A DNA stretch of 63,576 nucleotides, counting the filler, from Asterionella formosa (Eukaryota), in assembly GCA_002256025.1 (NCBI GenBank). It is 6 parts of 6 records of this genome, joined end to end, with 100 filler letters (N's around TTAATTAATTAA, not from the genome) between each part and the next. Parts side by side here need not be neighbours in the genome. Positions count along the whole stretch, not along the records: positions 61,841 to 63,576 come from NKIB01001327.1; 5 more parts are not named here. One strand, 5' to 3'. The position numbers were made by a program, and so were the translations under genes. Positions 61,741 through 63,576 of the stretch are shown here, piece after piece. How positions within the stretch are numbered: the first letter of the stretch is position 1; every line of letters begins with the position of its first letter. The notes beneath the pieces are model-generated. The model was given only the letters and a program-made list of their open reading frames with translations. It ran no database searches and was not told the DNA's origin.

Positions 61741-61840
61741 NNNNNNNNNNNNNNNNNNNNNNNNNNNNNNNNNNNNNNNNNNNNTTAATTAATTAANNNN
61801 NNNNNNNNNNNNNNNNNNNNNNNNNNNNNNNNNNNNNNNN
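61741..61840. other. Assembly gap with artificial linker
   Basis: N-run containing TTAATTAATTAA. Confidence 0.97.
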
Positions 61841-62874
61841 TTGGACCCCAAGTTCAATGAGGCCAGGGGGGAGGGGGTCGACCTGAGTGGCTGGTGGATC
61901 GGCTTTGGAATAGGCCTGGAACTGCTGTTTGAGGGCAAAGATGACCTTGCCATTGGGTTGTAACCGACCTGGGTAAATGTCTGTAACAATGCGTGCAACA
62001 GTGAAAGAGAATCTTGTATGTGGTCGTCCATGTCGTTTTGTCGAAGGGACAAGGAAAGTGATTTTTCCAGAGTACCCATGGTAGGGACTAGTGAATTCCT
62101 CCCACCTACACGACGAATGGCATGGCTCATAATTGTCAAACTTTTTTGTGATTTGGATAATTTGGCTTCGAGTAGTGGTAAAAGCCTAGTTCCGACAGGA
62201 TTTGGGATTGTTTGTTCTTGACCAAGGTCATTTACATTTGTAGTAAGTGGAGCCAAAATCGCCGACGCATGTTGCGAATCTTGTAGCAGACTACTCAAGG
62301 TGCGATACATCTCGGGTGATAACGAAGAAACGTTACTCTCAATTGCGTTCAATATGACATTGGCCACAACGTCATTTGCCACTTTCTCTGCGGGTAGTTG
62401 CTTATAAAAGTGTCCGATAAAATTAGCAATGCATTGAACGAAAGTATTATTTCGTTCGGGTATACTTGAGCTTAGTAAAGACTCCATACATGCAGCGACT
62501 TGCTGATTGGAAATTTCCGCGGAATTGTTGGTCCCAAGACAAGTAGAAATCAGTTGAAGCGCCCCATCGCGACAGGAACAGTGAGGCAGGACAGCTGCCA
62601 CTAATTGTGCTGTCTGCTCAATAGTCTCCCCCAGTATCTTGGGCCCTGGATCTTCATTCTGTTGTATCAACGCAGATAGTTCTGCTAGTGTTGCTTCGAT
62701 CTCAGTGCTGTTATTACAGGGGCGTTGTTGTAATGGTAACTGGGCGAGTACTAGAAGTAGGCGCTCCCATTTTGATGTCAGAGAAAAGTTTGATTCTGAT
62801 TGATTTTCAGTTCACGTATTCGACCGCTCGACCTGGTCTCCTGGCAATCTGATGGCGCTATTAATGCGTCCCAT
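61841..62874 (-). pseudogene. Helical (possibly HEAT/ARM-like) protein gene with an in-frame TGA at codon 21; 3' end lies in the gap
   Basis: ATG at 62874 reads MGRINSAIRLPGDQVERSNT*TENQ and continues in frame into the 293-aa ORF. TGA is at 62814-62812. Confidence 0.5.
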
Positions 62875-63120
62875 CGGCTCATTCGGAGCACTACCACCGA
62901 AGTAACTTAATCACAAAGATAAGCAGAGTATCCAGAAGGAGTTGTTGGGAATAGTGTGGTGGCTATGTATGGCTTACACACCAATCCTCATCACCTCGAC
63001 AAGTAATGTATTTATTTATATAGCTACGGTATATATAAATATAAATATATATGATAAATTAGATAGTCATTAATATGTCATGAACTTAAAACTGTACTGA
63101 CCGGTACAGTTACATCCATC

Positions 63121-63330
63121 ATGGCCGCCGTCGACGACCCGTTTTCCGTCTTTGAAGATGCTGATGACAGTGACGAGGATGAACCATCTTGGGTATCACA
63201 GCAAATTATAAAGGAAGTGAATGAATGAATGAAGGCAAGATGATGAGAACGGATCAAGTCGAATCAGCAATGATCATGACAAGAGCAAGTCATCAACAAC
63301 AGAGTGTTCCGATCTCAACAAACACACTAA
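63121..63330 (+). pseudogene. Gene-start-like frame interrupted by five TGA codons
   Basis: MAAVDDPFSVFEDADDSDEDEPSWVSQQIIKEVNE*MKAR**ERIKSNQQ*S*QEQ. Confidence 0.45.
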
Positions 63331-63576
63331 CGATTGAAGAGGCTCATGAGGAATACAAAGAGTATGAAGCGACGATCAAAGAAGGAGAAAACACAAACTA
63401 AAATTATAAAGTGTTATAAACCATGCAATATTTAGTTCCGAGGAAAATCGGGAAGAAGAATTCTGTCGAGGTGACCACGTCAGAATTTCGGCCGGTCTGA
63501 TCAACATACCTGTATATTTATGTATGAAGAGATTAACATAGTCCCCTCAAGTGGTATTCGTGGAATATCTCTTGCA

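Overview
Eukaryotic nuclear DNA, most likely from a pennate diatom. Evidence: short GT-AG introns, several bipartite plastid presequences with ASAF-AP-like cleavage motifs, a bZIP-PAS factor and CoDi-like Copia elements. Five 100-bp N-gaps each carry an artificial TTAATTAATTAA linker, so the window is six joined contigs. About 20 ordinary genes can be modelled: VPS28, a BASS transporter, a TMEM185-like protein, two RRM proteins, a HOL/TPMT methyltransferase, an SGNH-like protein, PIG-O, an F-box protein, a LON-N-domain protein, bZIP-PAS, Ubl-PI4K type II, Nudix, PTGES2, peptide deformylase, a TatD-like fragment and a La-related protein. Mobile DNA includes a decayed Tc1/mariner-type transposase, a 2.2-kb Mutator-like element with ~440-bp TIRs and a TSD, two Copia gag-protease copies and a probable LINE remnant. 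The most interesting unexplained signals are: (1) two diverged tRNA-headed elements sharing a co-varying hairpin; (2) palindromic TACC(A/T)GG arrays found mainly upstream of genes; (3) an RRM protein with two CysRS anticodon-domain-like repeats; (4) CpG-decay signatures in a Copia copy and in a divergent gene pair. All calls come from reading the sequence by eye; no searches were run, and novelty is unverified.
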